DNA of 64,000 nucleotides from Alphaproteobacteria bacterium (GCA_027483355.1 JAIXUW010000292.1:138308-202307), one strand, 5' to 3'; positions 19,754 to 29,859 are shown, counted from the stretch's first letter. Notes: generated by a model from the sequence alone, not told the origin. Numbers and translations: made by a program.

Positions 19754-19922
19754 CTCTGATATGGAAAACGTACGTATTTGAAGATGAAAAAATCCGCTGA
19801 ATTTTTCTACGCGAGCCCGGATTTTTTTTCGCCAAGCGGCGCTTCTCGCACTCGTTTTTTGTGCTCTTCCCTTCCTGTGCATTCAGTAAATCTGACACGT
19901 GTTTTTCCATGTCGCATTTCAG

Positions 19923-21107
19923 TCGGCAACTCTTTCTATCGACGAATGGATTGATTCTTTCTACGGCGTGAAGAAGGAAAAGGGCGTGGTAGAATCCTAT
20001 TGGGCGTTTGGGCGTCATGTCCACGGCTCGAAAAAGTTCAGTGACATGCAAAAGGCAGCGAATTTTTCTTCCGTTTATACCGCGAGGTATATGATTCTCA
20101 ACGGAGTGAAAACGACGGATTTTTACGATGTTTGTCGGCACCTCAGAAATCCAGACCGGGTTGGTTCGCTACCGCGCGACTACACGTGGAAGTACAAGCA
20201 CATTATCTTCACTGGCGCTGTGCACCCGGATCTATTCTACTTTTTCGCGAAGGAGACGACAAGCAGAGGATGTGGCTGTTCTACGGTAGAAACCATTGAG
20301 TTTTCCAACTGCGAGTTCCCACGCGGAAAGAAGTCCCAGGCAAGTTTTGTGAAAACGTTTGTGGACACCTTTCCCAATTTGAAAAAGGTGACGATCGACA
20401 TCTCGGCGGAGACTTTGACATCTACGCCTGTGGAATTTTACGAGGAAATCCTTTTGCGTGGGTTTTCGGCACCGACAACGGTCGTCGTACAAACAGGCGA
20501 AACCACGAACCCGCAGCAGGTCTTGGCTCTTGCCAAGGGACTCGATAACTACACCAAATGCACCAAATTTGTGCTGCGAACACTCTTCATGGTCTATTGC
20601 GAAAAATGGGAAGAAGCGCACACGACGTTGGCCCAAAAAATGATTGGCACTGCGAGGTTTACGGATATTACCGTGCCCGACTTTGCGCTTACGGGCATTG
20701 GAAAGGACGACGTTGAAGCAATTGCAAAGATTCGGCTGGAGTCTCAGCGCTCGCTGCATCGATTGAAAGTGGAAGGCGTTTTAGAATACGGCGGTGGTTA
20801 TGCAGGCTTGGGATATCATCTATCTTATCTAGGCAAGATTCATCCCATTGACAAGCTACAGCTCAAGTGTATAAACAGAGCGGGTAGTGACATCATTCCT
20901 CATTTTGCGCCCGATTCGGCATTGCCGTTTACTATATGTTTTCAAATTCAACAAGATCTCGACAAAGAATACGACACTCAAAAGATCATTGCTGACACAA
21001 AGGTCAGATGTCAAGCTCTGTTGGACATTGTTTGCCCGCCTGGACCGTGCACTTTTCAACTCAAAACTGATTTCGGAGATCTCGTTACTATATTGGAGCA
21101 TAAGTAA
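19923..21107 (+). CDS. LRR-like paralog family member C (394 aa body; 5' end unresolved)
   Basis: The open frame starts at 19899 (GTG), with no in-frame ATG for 50 codons. 19923 follows a ccatgtcgcatttcAG acceptor, and a candidate micro-exon ATGGAAAAC|GTACGT lies at 19761-19769. KYKHIIFTGAVHPDLFYFF resembles KFDSITFKGVVDGRFFEYI of member B. Confidence 0.7.
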   Translation, partial: SATLSIDEWIDSFYGVKKEKGVVESYWAFGRHVHGSKKFSDMQKAANFSSVYTARYMILNGVKTTDFYDVCRHLRNPDRVGSLPRDYTWKYKHIIFTGAVHPDLFYFFAKETTSRGCGCSTVETIEFSNCEFPRGKKSQASFVKTFVDTFPNLKKVTIDISAETLTSTPVEFYEEILLRGFSAPTTVVVQTGETTNPQQVLALAKGLDNYTKCTKFVLRTLFMVYCEKWEEAHTTLAQKMIGTARFTDITVPDFALTGIGKDDVEAIAKIRLESQRSLHRLKVEGVLEYGGGYAGLGYHLSYLGKIHPIDKLQLKCINRAGSDIIPHFAPDSALPFTICFQIQQDLDKEYDTQKIIADTKVRCQALLDIVCPPGPCTFQLKTDFGDLVTILEHK

Positions 21108-21121
21108 GCGGTTTTTGTTTA

Positions 21122-21131
21122 TGTATATACA
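21122..21131. terminator. palindromic TGTATATACA between convergent stop codons
   Basis: Extended variant of the TGTACA palindrome, between the stops at 21105-21107 (+) and 21139-21141 (-). Confidence 0.3.
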
Positions 21132-21138
21132 TATGCGT

Positions 21139-22263
21139 TCAAATCTGGTTGTCTAACAACCACAGTCTCTGTACTATGACTAAAGGGATGAAAAACTCTG
21201 CTGGATTCAAGTCATTGCTTTGAACATTTGTTGAATCAATCACTTTGCGCTGGCCCCAGTCTGTATCGAGCTCGGCGTAGTCTCCCACCGTTTTCTCGAA
21301 TAGAATTTCCAGATTGACCTTTTGGTTGACGGCCCTGCATGAAATGTCTCTTGGAAACGACACGCTTGTTTTATATTTCTTGAAAGATTCATGAGAACCG
21401 ATATCCACGTGCCAGTCATACTCCCGAAGATGCCAGGCGAATGTGGGCCCTCTACTGCCGGCCAATCCTCCAACGGCCTGACTTGGAAACATTTCCAAGA
21501 ACGCGTGAGGACGCGTAGCCACTAGACTCTTCAAATTCTTGGCTGCCATTCTTTGAGGATACAGAGGATGGACTGTCGCCCCCGTGAGCAACAACACGAC
21601 TTCGGCCATTTCAACTTCGTCCGTATGATACGAATATACAAAGGGTCTCTCGGCATTTGGGTAGATTTCACCCATTGGAATGCGAATTCCACTCGCCATC
21701 GGACAGAACTGGCGGTAGAACGGCACGTATACACAGCCGCAAATACAGCATGAATGAGTGGTTGTGTACACGGAGCTCAGTTTTGAAGAAGTGAGCGGAA
21801 GCCAATCTGCTTTGTTCAACAGATGCAGAAACGACGAGAATTTGAACGGCACGGTCCACGACGCGGCATCTCGGTCAATCTTGTCGAACACAGAATTCAC
21901 TTGCTTATCTTTGGCATGCGACAAGAACGCCATGAACAAATCTTCGTCTTTGGCCAGTTTTGGAACGGCGTTCCAGGGAGACTCGGATCGTGTTTCGATT
22001 CTTGACTTTAGATTCTTGAGCTGCTTCTCGAAATATCTGACAAATGCGTCGACTTGGTCTTGGCCGACGGCGCGAGAATTACGCGAACAAAAGTTTTCGA
22101 ATATACTGTCCAGCGTGCGAGTAAATTGAAAGTCCGGGTTTTCAATCCGAGCCTGGTTGCCTTGTAGTCCGAAATAAGGGATCGTTGACGAAAATGGCTT
22201 TTCCTGAGCAGAGCCGGTGGTGCTCAAATAGCGGATAAAGTCCGCTGCCAGTTCAGCGGACAT
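21139..22263 (-). CDS. hypothetical protein (374 aa)
   Basis: ATG ORF in context cacaaaaaaATG. No domain recognised. Confidence 0.8.
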   Translation of the reverse strand: MSAELAADFIRYLSTTGSAQEKPFSSTIPYFGLQGNQARIENPDFQFTRTLDSIFENFCSRNSRAVGQDQVDAFVRYFEKQLKNLKSRIETRSESPWNAVPKLAKDEDLFMAFLSHAKDKQVNSVFDKIDRDAASWTVPFKFSSFLHLLNKADWLPLTSSKLSSVYTTTHSCCICGCVYVPFYRQFCPMASGIRIPMGEIYPNAERPFVYSYHTDEVEMAEVVLLLTGATVHPLYPQRMAAKNLKSLVATRPHAFLEMFPSQAVGGLAGSRGPTFAWHLREYDWHVDIGSHESFKKYKTSVSFPRDISCRAVNQKVNLEILFEKTVGDYAELDTDWGQRKVIDSTNVQSNDLNPAEFFIPLVIVQRLWLLDNQI

Positions 22264-22353
22264 TTTTTTGTGTGCTTTGAAAGAAAAAAATTGGGAGAGA
22301 AAGAAAAAAGTCTTATTTACAAGCGTGGTTTCAAATATTCTGCTCTTCCCTTC

Positions 22354-22953
22354 TTATTTGGGCTGCGTTTCTGTTTCGGGCGCCGCTGCCGTTTTATTCA
22401 TGGCCGCCGCGGCCTTTTTTCTTGCATAAGTTTGATATACTGGATCTTTGTGTGTCTGCTGAACCGTAGAAAACTGATCGCCGCTTGTACAGCTCAAGTC
22501 GATTGGCACTTGGCACACGTTGGCGTCTGGCCCGCCTGGAAAAAACATGGCTTTGTTTGCATGAACATGGATCACAGAGGGCAATGCGGTAGGCGGCCCG
22601 ATTAGGACTCCAGTGCTCGGAGGGTCGTAAATATCGACTGTTTCTTGTATGAGCGCGGCCAAAATGGGCGCAAGTTGCTTATGTTCATGCATGACTATTT
22701 TAGATATACTGGCGCATCCTTTTATGAGCGTGACTGACGTAGAATCTTCGGTGGCGATTTTCTTCCACAACTCGGTTGGGTTGACGTCGTATCCTTCTTG
22801 GACTAACAAGGCGGATAGTCGGTTCAAAATAGACTTGAGGCAGTCATACATGACATCAAGAATGGCATTGGAGGTGGCAGCAGAAGCCTCGACCTGTGCT
22901 TTAAGAGCCCTTCTCACTTCAGCGTTTCCCAGCGGCGCCGGATCTTCGGCCAT
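22354..22953 (-). CDS. hypothetical protein (199 aa)
   Basis: ATG ORF in context aaaaaaggaagaATG (MAEDPAPLGNAEV...). No domain recognised. Confidence 0.7.
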   Translation of the reverse strand: MAEDPAPLGNAEVRRALKAQVEASAATSNAILDVMYDCLKSILNRLSALLVQEGYDVNPTELWKKIATEDSTSVTLIKGCASISKIVMHEHKQLAPILAALIQETVDIYDPPSTGVLIGPPTALPSVIHVHANKAMFFPGGPDANVCQVPIDLSCTSGDQFSTVQQTHKDPVYQTYARKKAAAAMNKTAAAPETETQPK

Positions 22954-23011
22954 TCTTCCTTTTTTCTCTCTCTAGAATGCAAATTCTGCTTTATATACAC
23001 AGGCGACGCGC

Positions 23012-23770
23012 TTATTTGCTCTCGGAAGTGTCGACAGTTTCTTCAAGTTTAGTCCTTTTTGCCGGGTTAGACTCCGGGGGTTGCATAGGCAAGTTGTATT
23101 CATCTCCATCTTCGTCCTTGACGTTTTCGGCTCCCGCAGCTGATCGTTTAGGAGCTCTGCGATTCCGCCTGCTCGTTTCTGCGTCATCTTCAGGAATGTC
23201 GGCATTGCCAATCACGTAATTGTTTCCTAGCAAATAATCGCCAATCTTTTTCACGACCACTTTGCCCACGGTCATTTTGACACCCGCCAAAATGCTGCGT
23301 ATGGAATTTCTAGAGCGGACAATAGGCGCTCGAACGACGACGGTTCCTCCTGCGTCGGCTGTGGCACTTTGAACGCCAAGCTTTTGGAATCTTGAAGAAC
23401 GAACGACAAGGGATATGAGGCAGTTGGATTCGGCCGCGTTAAGCCTCAAGTCGACAAAATGCTTGCCGTAAATTTGCACCATATGATCGAGGCTGGATTT
23501 GCAGACGCCCAGTGTTTTAAGACGTAACGCCGGAGGTATATCAAGTGTTATAATGTATTTTACGGCCGCCGTATTCTCAATGTCGTCGCGGAATGAGATT
23601 TCCCGCGAAAGAGGATCCACTTCGCCGTGTTCTAACAAGTCAATCTTTGAGATGGGTTTGATCGAACTGACGACATTAATGGATTCTTGAGGAGGCCAAT
23701 TTGCAAGTACGTATTCGCGAAGCGCGTCGTACATGCTTTTGTCTTCGGCCGTGAAAAAGTCACAAGCCAT
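23012..23770 (-). CDS. hypothetical protein with basic/acidic C-terminal tail (252 aa)
   Basis: First ATG (aaaaaaaaaaagaATG, MACDFFTAEDK) of a track ORF that begins at TTG. C-terminus: RRNRRAPKRSAAGAENVKDEDGDE...PAKRTKLEE. Confidence 0.75.
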   Translation of the reverse strand: MACDFFTAEDKSMYDALREYVLANWPPQESINVVSSIKPISKIDLLEHGEVDPLSREISFRDDIENTAAVKYIITLDIPPALRLKTLGVCKSSLDHMVQIYGKHFVDLRLNAAESNCLISLVVRSSRFQKLGVQSATADAGGTVVVRAPIVRSRNSIRSILAGVKMTVGKVVVKKIGDYLLGNNYVIGNADIPEDDAETSRRNRRAPKRSAAGAENVKDEDGDEYNLPMQPPESNPAKRTKLEETVDTSESK

Positions 23771-23900
23771 TCTTTTTTTTTTTACTAAAAAAATGCACGG
23801 CTCTTTTTCAACCAAGCGCTGTATATGCTTAAGAACGTATATTTACATGAAAGTGGTTTCAATTATAGGCACATTGTTTTTTTTGTACGAGCAAAAGCGC

Positions 23901-26900
23901 CTAGACGCGGAACAAAGTGGGATCGCCAGCGCGCTCCACAATCTCCTCAAACATCGCGATCAATTGTGCGATTCTCTTCTCGTAGCTTTCTTGTGCATTT
24001 TCCTTTCGTCCTCTACTCGGGGTCCTAATCTTGTTGGGAAAAGAGTCGTCGAGCCAGTTGGCGCTTCGCAACGTCTGGAATTGCGTGATCGCCAAGCGCA
24101 AGTTTTGGTATTCAACCGTGTTCGCGCTCGCAGTATCAAAACTGATTGCACGAAGAGCGTTCAAGACGTCAGTGGCAAAACTGATAGTGTCGGCCACGAA
24201 TTCCACAGGCAGACCCGCCGCGATCACTGGCGCTGAAAGCGTGTTTTCGCTTTCTTCCAAAAGCTCAAATTCGTCTCTTTCCTTTCTTTTGGCTCTTCTC
24301 AGACTGACCGATTGTTCCAAATGCCGGGCAGCAGCATCGAGCATTTCCTCGGCAGTGTCTGCAATTTCCTCGACTTCCCGTCTCTTTCTGTTCGCCGCTC
24401 GCTCATTGTAACTTACATCGTCGTCGTCGTCGTCGTCCTTGACTAGATTTATCACCTTACGCGTTTCCTTAATAGCAGTCGCGGCTTTCTCTTCAGCAAT
24501 CTTTGCGTCCTCGGCAATCCTTTCTTGCATCTGTCTTACGCATTTCGGACAGTCGCAGTAGAATCGATACGACATCAACAATTCATATCGCCTCTTGATC
24601 ACGTCCTCCGTCTTCGTGTACGAAATGGTCACAGTTTCGCCTGCGTTGATTTGAGATTCGGCTCGAACGGAAAACACAGGAGCTGATTTTCGCTTGAAAA
24701 TATGCGTCCACGACGCGTTTGGCTCGCATGAGTGGTTCAAAAACGAGGACACACCGTGAATCATGGATCCCACCATGGTGCCGTCGCCAAATGCGCCAAA
24801 TGCGTTCTCGAACATTTGCGAGTGCCAGTGACGAAGTTCGTGTAACCTCGGGCGTTGAATGGGATATCCTTCAAATGACGTAGTTTCGAACATGGCAAAG
24901 ACCCACGACGAAATGTAATTGGCAAACGAGGCGAATAGCGGCGTGTACGCGGCATACGAATCTTGAAGCGTCTGCGCCACTCGAGCCGTGACAGTCGCGT
25001 TTGTATGCAAAGTAGCCATTCTGAGGAGAAGGCGCACGCTTCGGACGACGGGAGGTACGTGCGTTTTGATCAATTTCCTTATGCTCTTTGTCAGTTCCAC
25101 GGGGGCGTTGGGTTTGGAAAACGCGTTGAGGATTTGTTGTCCGTAATCGTTCATAAACGTTTCCAGCATTCCGCTTGCGAATATCTTGCACTCGTACATG
25201 TGGAGCGTGGCGCCGTTTTGTTCGCATTCTTCAGAGCAAAACACGACGCGTTCGCATGTTCTGCATTGGAAACTTGTACTTTTTTTCAAAGATGATTTGA
25301 AAGCTCCATCATTGTGCTCGAATTCGACTGCGTCCTTGGCAAGCTTGACCGGTTTCTTTTTCAAGCCAGGCGCTGCGTTGTATCCGCAGTAGTCACACGA
25401 TTTGCAACGCACTGATTCGTCTGGTACGTAAACAATAGTGGATTCTTGCATGATGCCTTGCCCCTTCTCGAAATCGATAGCAGCCGTCAAATAGTAGCCG
25501 CTAGAGTTCTCGTACGTCATGTTCAACGCTGCTCCAGGGACAGGCAATCCTTGCGGAGGCTCGCGCGTGAACACAACATCGGGCTTGGCCTTTCGGATGA
25601 TTTTTTCTTCTTCAGATCGAACAGTCTTCAACCCGTTCACTGATTTAGGTCCGCCCTTTTCCAAAAACGAGCTCCCCACAATCTTTTTGACTACTGCTAG
25701 GTCCATCGCCATCCATTCTTTGGCAAGCTCGACTTGCTGATCATCGCTTATGTATGGCTGTCCAAAATCGCGCTCCAAGTCAGCCAGAGTGACCGAAATC
25801 CCGTTTTCAATCTTCACGGCGGCATCGTTTCCCTGGCGCCACTCCAAAAACATTTTGGCTTCAGGTGTCTTTCGCAGAACTTGAGGTGCTTTTACGGCGT
25901 AAGCAAGTGCGTAGGGCGGAGAGACAGTCTTCTCCTTGGACAAGGTGATTGTAAAAGTGGCCTTGGCGACGCTGTGAATGTTTGTTTGCTTGATAAACTT
26001 CGCAATTTCGGCAGCAAGTTGGTCTTCGGGGATCGATGGGCGTAGCACAAGCCGAGTTTGCTTGCTGTCAGCGTAAGCCACTTCCAAATCTTTACGCACA
26101 GGTGCCTTGACGATTTCAACGGACATTTCTTCTTCACTCTCATCGTCGTCGTAGCGAAAGCGCCTTGAACCGCGGGGTCTCTGTTGTGGTGTAATAGGAG
26201 CTTCTTCAGCGTCGCCCATTTTACCTATCCCGTGTGGGATTTGGAACATGGTTTCGTCGAATTTAGAACGTTTTGGGGCAGACTCAATGTCATCGTCGTC
26301 CATTGCACTCATTTCGTTTGCGAGGACGTCCAGCCATCCGGCTGCGCTGTTCGAAGACACACTCGCCGACGAAGACGGGCGTTTGTTCTCCTCCTCCTCA
26401 TCAGAATTTTGAAAGCGCGGTCGCTTTCGTGGCATTGTTGTTGTTGGCATTTGCGTGGAAGGAGCGTCCTCCTCGTCGTCGCCGTAAAACGGAGGAGGGC
26501 TGTCGACGATAGCCTGAGCCATTTGAGTCTCAGGATAAAATGCGCCTGGCCCACTCCAACGGTCTTGGCTTTGTGAATCTAGTCCGTTTATATCGGCTAT
26601 AGAAGACAAATCGTCGTAATCGTCTACCTCCATGTTGTCCTTGTCGCCGTTTTCGTCTTCGGACCCGGTGTCAGGCTCATCCTCCTCCTCTTCTTTTTCG
26701 TCATTTTCGTCGTCTTCACTTTTCGCCAGCACGTTATCCGAATCAGAATCAAAATCCGAATCGCGGATCCCGTTTTGCGTCTCCGCTCGCGCTCGGAAAA
26801 AGTTCGAGTTGACTGACATTGTTCTCATCGAGCTTGTCAATCTTTCCACGGAATCAACGTATACACCGTCTTCAAAATCGAGCTTGATCAGTGTCTTAGG

Positions 26901-27272
26901 GCTGTCACATTGGAACTTGAACGCTGCATGGTCTCTCCAAGTATGCAAAACACCGTTTTTCAGCGTCAAACTCAGTTTCAGAACTGCCATTTTAGATTCA
27001 CCCACTCTCTGCTTGGCGTCAATTAAGTCGATAATGCGATCGGGGTTCTTGTAGAACCTAGTGCATACTACGTCAAGTTTAGAGTGGACACTGCGAATCC
27101 GGACTTGCAGTCGCTCACGATTACTCGAAATCATGGATCTTATAATAAGCGTATTGCGGGAGCCAAAATCGTGAGCGAAAAACCCGCATTTGGAGCCGAT
27201 TTGCGCAACCGCGCAGCATCCGGTCGCTATCAGCTCTTCAATATGCTCCCGGAACGGTCTCTTCTTCGACAT
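23901..27272 (-). CDS. SMYD-like SET + MYND lysine methyltransferase with long acidic N-terminal extension (1123 aa)
   Basis: MYND-type finger CKSCDYCG...CRTCERVVFCSEECEQNGATLHMYEC. SET core FLNHSCEPNASW...GETVTISY. Post-SET YRFYCDCPKC. The domain maps to about 24530-25560, and the N-terminal ~600 aa are acidic and disordered. Confidence 0.85.
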   Translation of the reverse strand: MSKKRPFREHIEELIATGCCAVAQIGSKCGFFAHDFGSRNTLIIRSMISSNRERLQVRIRSVHSKLDVVCTRFYKNPDRIIDLIDAKQRVGESKMAVLKLSLTLKNGVLHTWRDHAAFKFQCDSPKTLIKLDFEDGVYVDSVERLTSSMRTMSVNSNFFRARAETQNGIRDSDFDSDSDNVLAKSEDDENDEKEEEEDEPDTGSEDENGDKDNMEVDDYDDLSSIADINGLDSQSQDRWSGPGAFYPETQMAQAIVDSPPPFYGDDEEDAPSTQMPTTTMPRKRPRFQNSDEEEENKRPSSSASVSSNSAAGWLDVLANEMSAMDDDDIESAPKRSKFDETMFQIPHGIGKMGDAEEAPITPQQRPRGSRRFRYDDDESEEEMSVEIVKAPVRKDLEVAYADSKQTRLVLRPSIPEDQLAAEIAKFIKQTNIHSVAKATFTITLSKEKTVSPPYALAYAVKAPQVLRKTPEAKMFLEWRQGNDAAVKIENGISVTLADLERDFGQPYISDDQQVELAKEWMAMDLAVVKKIVGSSFLEKGGPKSVNGLKTVRSEEEKIIRKAKPDVVFTREPPQGLPVPGAALNMTYENSSGYYLTAAIDFEKGQGIMQESTIVYVPDESVRCKSCDYCGYNAAPGLKKKPVKLAKDAVEFEHNDGAFKSSLKKSTSFQCRTCERVVFCSEECEQNGATLHMYECKIFASGMLETFMNDYGQQILNAFSKPNAPVELTKSIRKLIKTHVPPVVRSVRLLLRMATLHTNATVTARVAQTLQDSYAAYTPLFASFANYISSWVFAMFETTSFEGYPIQRPRLHELRHWHSQMFENAFGAFGDGTMVGSMIHGVSSFLNHSCEPNASWTHIFKRKSAPVFSVRAESQINAGETVTISYTKTEDVIKRRYELLMSYRFYCDCPKCVRQMQERIAEDAKIAEEKAATAIKETRKVINLVKDDDDDDDVSYNERAANRKRREVEEIADTAEEMLDAAARHLEQSVSLRRAKRKERDEFELLEESENTLSAPVIAAGLPVEFVADTISFATDVLNALRAISFDTASANTVEYQNLRLAITQFQTLRSANWLDDSFPNKIRTPSRGRKENAQESYEKRIAQLIAMFEEIVERAGDPTLFRV

Positions 27273-27445
27273 GGCGATTATGGTCTCTTATTCAAGAAGA
27301 AGAAGAAAGCATAAATCTTAATCAAGCACAATGCGCGCGGTTTATAATCCCCGGCACGGTTTTTAAAAAATCGAGCCTGTTTTTGCACAAACGCGTCTTT
27401 GTTGTTATTTTGACATACAAGCGCGTAAAAAAGCGACCTTAAAAT

Positions 27446-29368
27446 ATGTCGGTCCAGTTGCCGTACTACGTGACCGTGGACCGCTTAGTGAACGGATTCA
27501 AAAAGATACGCGTCGCATGCGGCGACTTTGGAATCAAGAACATGCCACTTTCGATATTGGAAATCAACGCACCATTACGAAAACGAGTTCGGAATGCCAG
27601 TCAAAGCGCCGAGAGCGATTTACCGGCTTCAATAGCGCGGCAAACGGACACATTGGCGGCTGCAGAGGACGAACCCGAATACGAAGACGACGTAGACGAA
27701 GAAAAACTGCCTGAATACATTGAAATGGTTACTAGAGCGGCCCGAGGGGCTAGACCCATTGCCGTGTACTATTTGAGCCCGGACACCGGGCAATTATCCG
27801 CGTGGGTGCACCCTAAAGTTATCAAAGAAGAAGTTGAACCTTTAAAAGTGTTACTGGAAAAATGGACTCGCGAGAGGCGCGACGAGATGGAAAAAACGTT
27901 TAGAACGGACAGTCTTGGAAACTGGAGCCCCAATGGCGTTGCCGGTGACTCAGTTTATATTAGTCTGCCTGCACTCAAAAAGGCAGAGACTGTTGACAAG
28001 GAAAGTGGGCTTGCAGAAGATAAGCACGCTAACATTGTTCGAATGTCCGCAAACGTGGCCGATTGTCTGACCAAGCCCGTGTTTGCCCCTTTGTTCACTT
28101 CTCAGCCTATTTTGGCTATGGAGCCTCAAGTCGACCAGCTCATTGAGAGACAACGTCCGTATGTAAAACAGCAGGACCGCAACGACAAGCTGTTGGAAGC
28201 CATGTACAAAGCCGTCGAGAAAGCGCCCTCTCCCGATGTCGCAGACGAGCTCGTCCGCGTGTATAGACATTTCTACGGCATGGACAAGGACCCGTCGCCT
28301 AAAAACTGGGGAATGTCAATCGCGCTTGCTACTGCAGTTCGCGCAATGGACCGGTTTTACGGATACCCGAATCGAAGATTCATCTTTCTCCACGGCCGCA
28401 AGTACGCTAGTGCGTCTTATAAACAAGCTCATCATACCGAATACTACACGGATCGAGATATGACTGACGCCAGGCGATACAAGCTGCGTAAGATGGCTCC
28501 TGCCGAGTTGCTCAAAATACAAGCCGCGGAATGGGCCAAATTGGACCCGGCGTATAAAGAATTCCAGGAGTGGTTTACAGCGTTGAACAAGTTGGATGAT
28601 GTGGGCGACAGCATTGGAATTGGGCTCGATTGGGCTCGAGAGTACTTGAGGTTCACTCCTTTTAAAGCAAATGAAAAGGACGAGGTCGTTCAAAAGGCCA
28701 GAGAGCTCTTTTTAGAATCACTCAAGGAAGTCGAAAAGCCAAAAGCCCCTGTCGTACCCATGCCGTCTTCTACGGGCAACGTGACTCGAAAGGGACCTCC
28801 ACCGCCTCGCAAAGCTTCGACCGATATCACAACGCCTGTCGCGCAAAAGCTTCAGCAGAGCTTGACGGCGCCAGCGAAAAGAGCCCCAATTGCGTTGCCA
28901 CAAAAAACCCAAACTGTAAAACCTCCAGTCAAGATTCCCACGCCTTTGTATTCGGCCGCCAAGCAAAGCAAACTGGAATTCAAGAGTCCAGTTGTTCAAA
29001 AGCACACGAAAAAGAGAAAGCATCATTCTGAAGCTTTGCTCTACTTTAGCGGAGACAGTGACTCGGATTCCGAGCACGTTATAAAGCTGGATTTGACCGA
29101 CGACATTGAAGAGATCGACACTTATGAATACGGAAAGTCTGCTCCGGCGGCCAAGCGACGCAAACTCGTGCAGAATTCTAAAAAGGTGAACGACGGCGAC
29201 GACGACGATGATGATAATATCACGGGCGGGTCCTACAGAACTCTGGATCATAAAATACAAGAGACAAGTCCAAAGTCTTCAACAAAAGCAGCCGTGGACG
29301 ACGATGAATGGGAGTACAGCGCATTTGAGCAAGACGCAAAAAGGGAAAACACGTTTGGCGCCATCTAA
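27446..29368 (+). CDS. hypothetical protein (640 aa)
   Basis: ATG ORF in context cttaaaatATG. C-terminal part has P/K-rich, DSDSDSE, KRRKL and DDDDDDD tracts. Confidence 0.85.
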   Translation: MSVQLPYYVTVDRLVNGFKKIRVACGDFGIKNMPLSILEINAPLRKRVRNASQSAESDLPASIARQTDTLAAAEDEPEYEDDVDEEKLPEYIEMVTRAARGARPIAVYYLSPDTGQLSAWVHPKVIKEEVEPLKVLLEKWTRERRDEMEKTFRTDSLGNWSPNGVAGDSVYISLPALKKAETVDKESGLAEDKHANIVRMSANVADCLTKPVFAPLFTSQPILAMEPQVDQLIERQRPYVKQQDRNDKLLEAMYKAVEKAPSPDVADELVRVYRHFYGMDKDPSPKNWGMSIALATAVRAMDRFYGYPNRRFIFLHGRKYASASYKQAHHTEYYTDRDMTDARRYKLRKMAPAELLKIQAAEWAKLDPAYKEFQEWFTALNKLDDVGDSIGIGLDWAREYLRFTPFKANEKDEVVQKARELFLESLKEVEKPKAPVVPMPSSTGNVTRKGPPPPRKASTDITTPVAQKLQQSLTAPAKRAPIALPQKTQTVKPPVKIPTPLYSAAKQSKLEFKSPVVQKHTKKRKHHSEALLYFSGDSDSDSEHVIKLDLTDDIEEIDTYEYGKSAPAAKRRKLVQNSKKVNDGDDDDDDNITGGSYRTLDHKIQETSPKSSTKAAVDDDEWEYSAFEQDAKRENTFGAI

Positions 29369-29392
29369 ACCACATAAAACACCATTTTATCA

Positions 29393-29398
29393 TGTACA
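29393..29398. terminator. palindromic TGTACA between convergent stop codons
   Basis: Between the stops at 29366-29368 (+) and 29416-29418 (-). Confidence 0.4.
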
Positions 29399-29415
29399 CA
29401 AAGTAAAACACAAAA

Positions 29416-29859
29416 CTAGAGCTGTCCAATCGTATGTTTCATTGCATTAGCAACGCCTGCCACTTGGCCGGCTAATAGTAGCATAAACTGGCAGTATTGT
29501 GCCGGCAACGCCTTTGCATCAGGCCCCATTTTTCTATTCAAATCCTCCAACAGTTCAATGTACTTGCTGTAACACTGTACAACCAACTGCTCTTCAGTGG
29601 CAGGCTGAGGCACTTGAGCAACAGGAGCCGTTGGCTGGGGCATTTGGGAATATCGATTTGTTGTCGATTGGCCAGGATAATAACTAGTCTGCGGACTTAC
29701 ATCCATAGAGTCGGTGAAACTAGACTGGTACGTCGAGGCGAACCCTCCTCCCGTGTTCGAGGATAAAGCAGGAGCCGAAGACCGGGTTGCAGTTGCCATG
29801 GCGGGATCTCTGCTCATTAAGCCAAGAAAAACGCTTCCGCCTAGTCTATCGCCAGACAT
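29416..29859 (-). CDS. hypothetical protein (147 aa)
   Basis: ATG ORF in context aaagaaaaagaaaATG. S/T/Q/P-rich N-terminal half and a helical C-terminal half. Confidence 0.65.
   Translation of the reverse strand: MSGDRLGGSVFLGLMSRDPAMATATRSSAPALSSNTGGGFASTYQSSFTDSMDVSPQTSYYPGQSTTNRYSQMPQPTAPVAQVPQPATEEQLVVQCYSKYIELLEDLNRKMGPDAKALPAQYCQFMLLLAGQVAGVANAMKHTIGQL

Noticed and set aside
20232-20759. Antisense ORFs of 130-270 aa inside long genes (20232..20759, 46790..47557, 59872..60675, 28718..29260, 5282..5824, 50044..50577, 4507..5073, 47576..48052)
   Set aside because: Each is nested in a much longer ORF on the opposite strand. They mostly use non-ATG starts, are R/S/L-rich, and have no motifs, so I judged them shadow ORFs.
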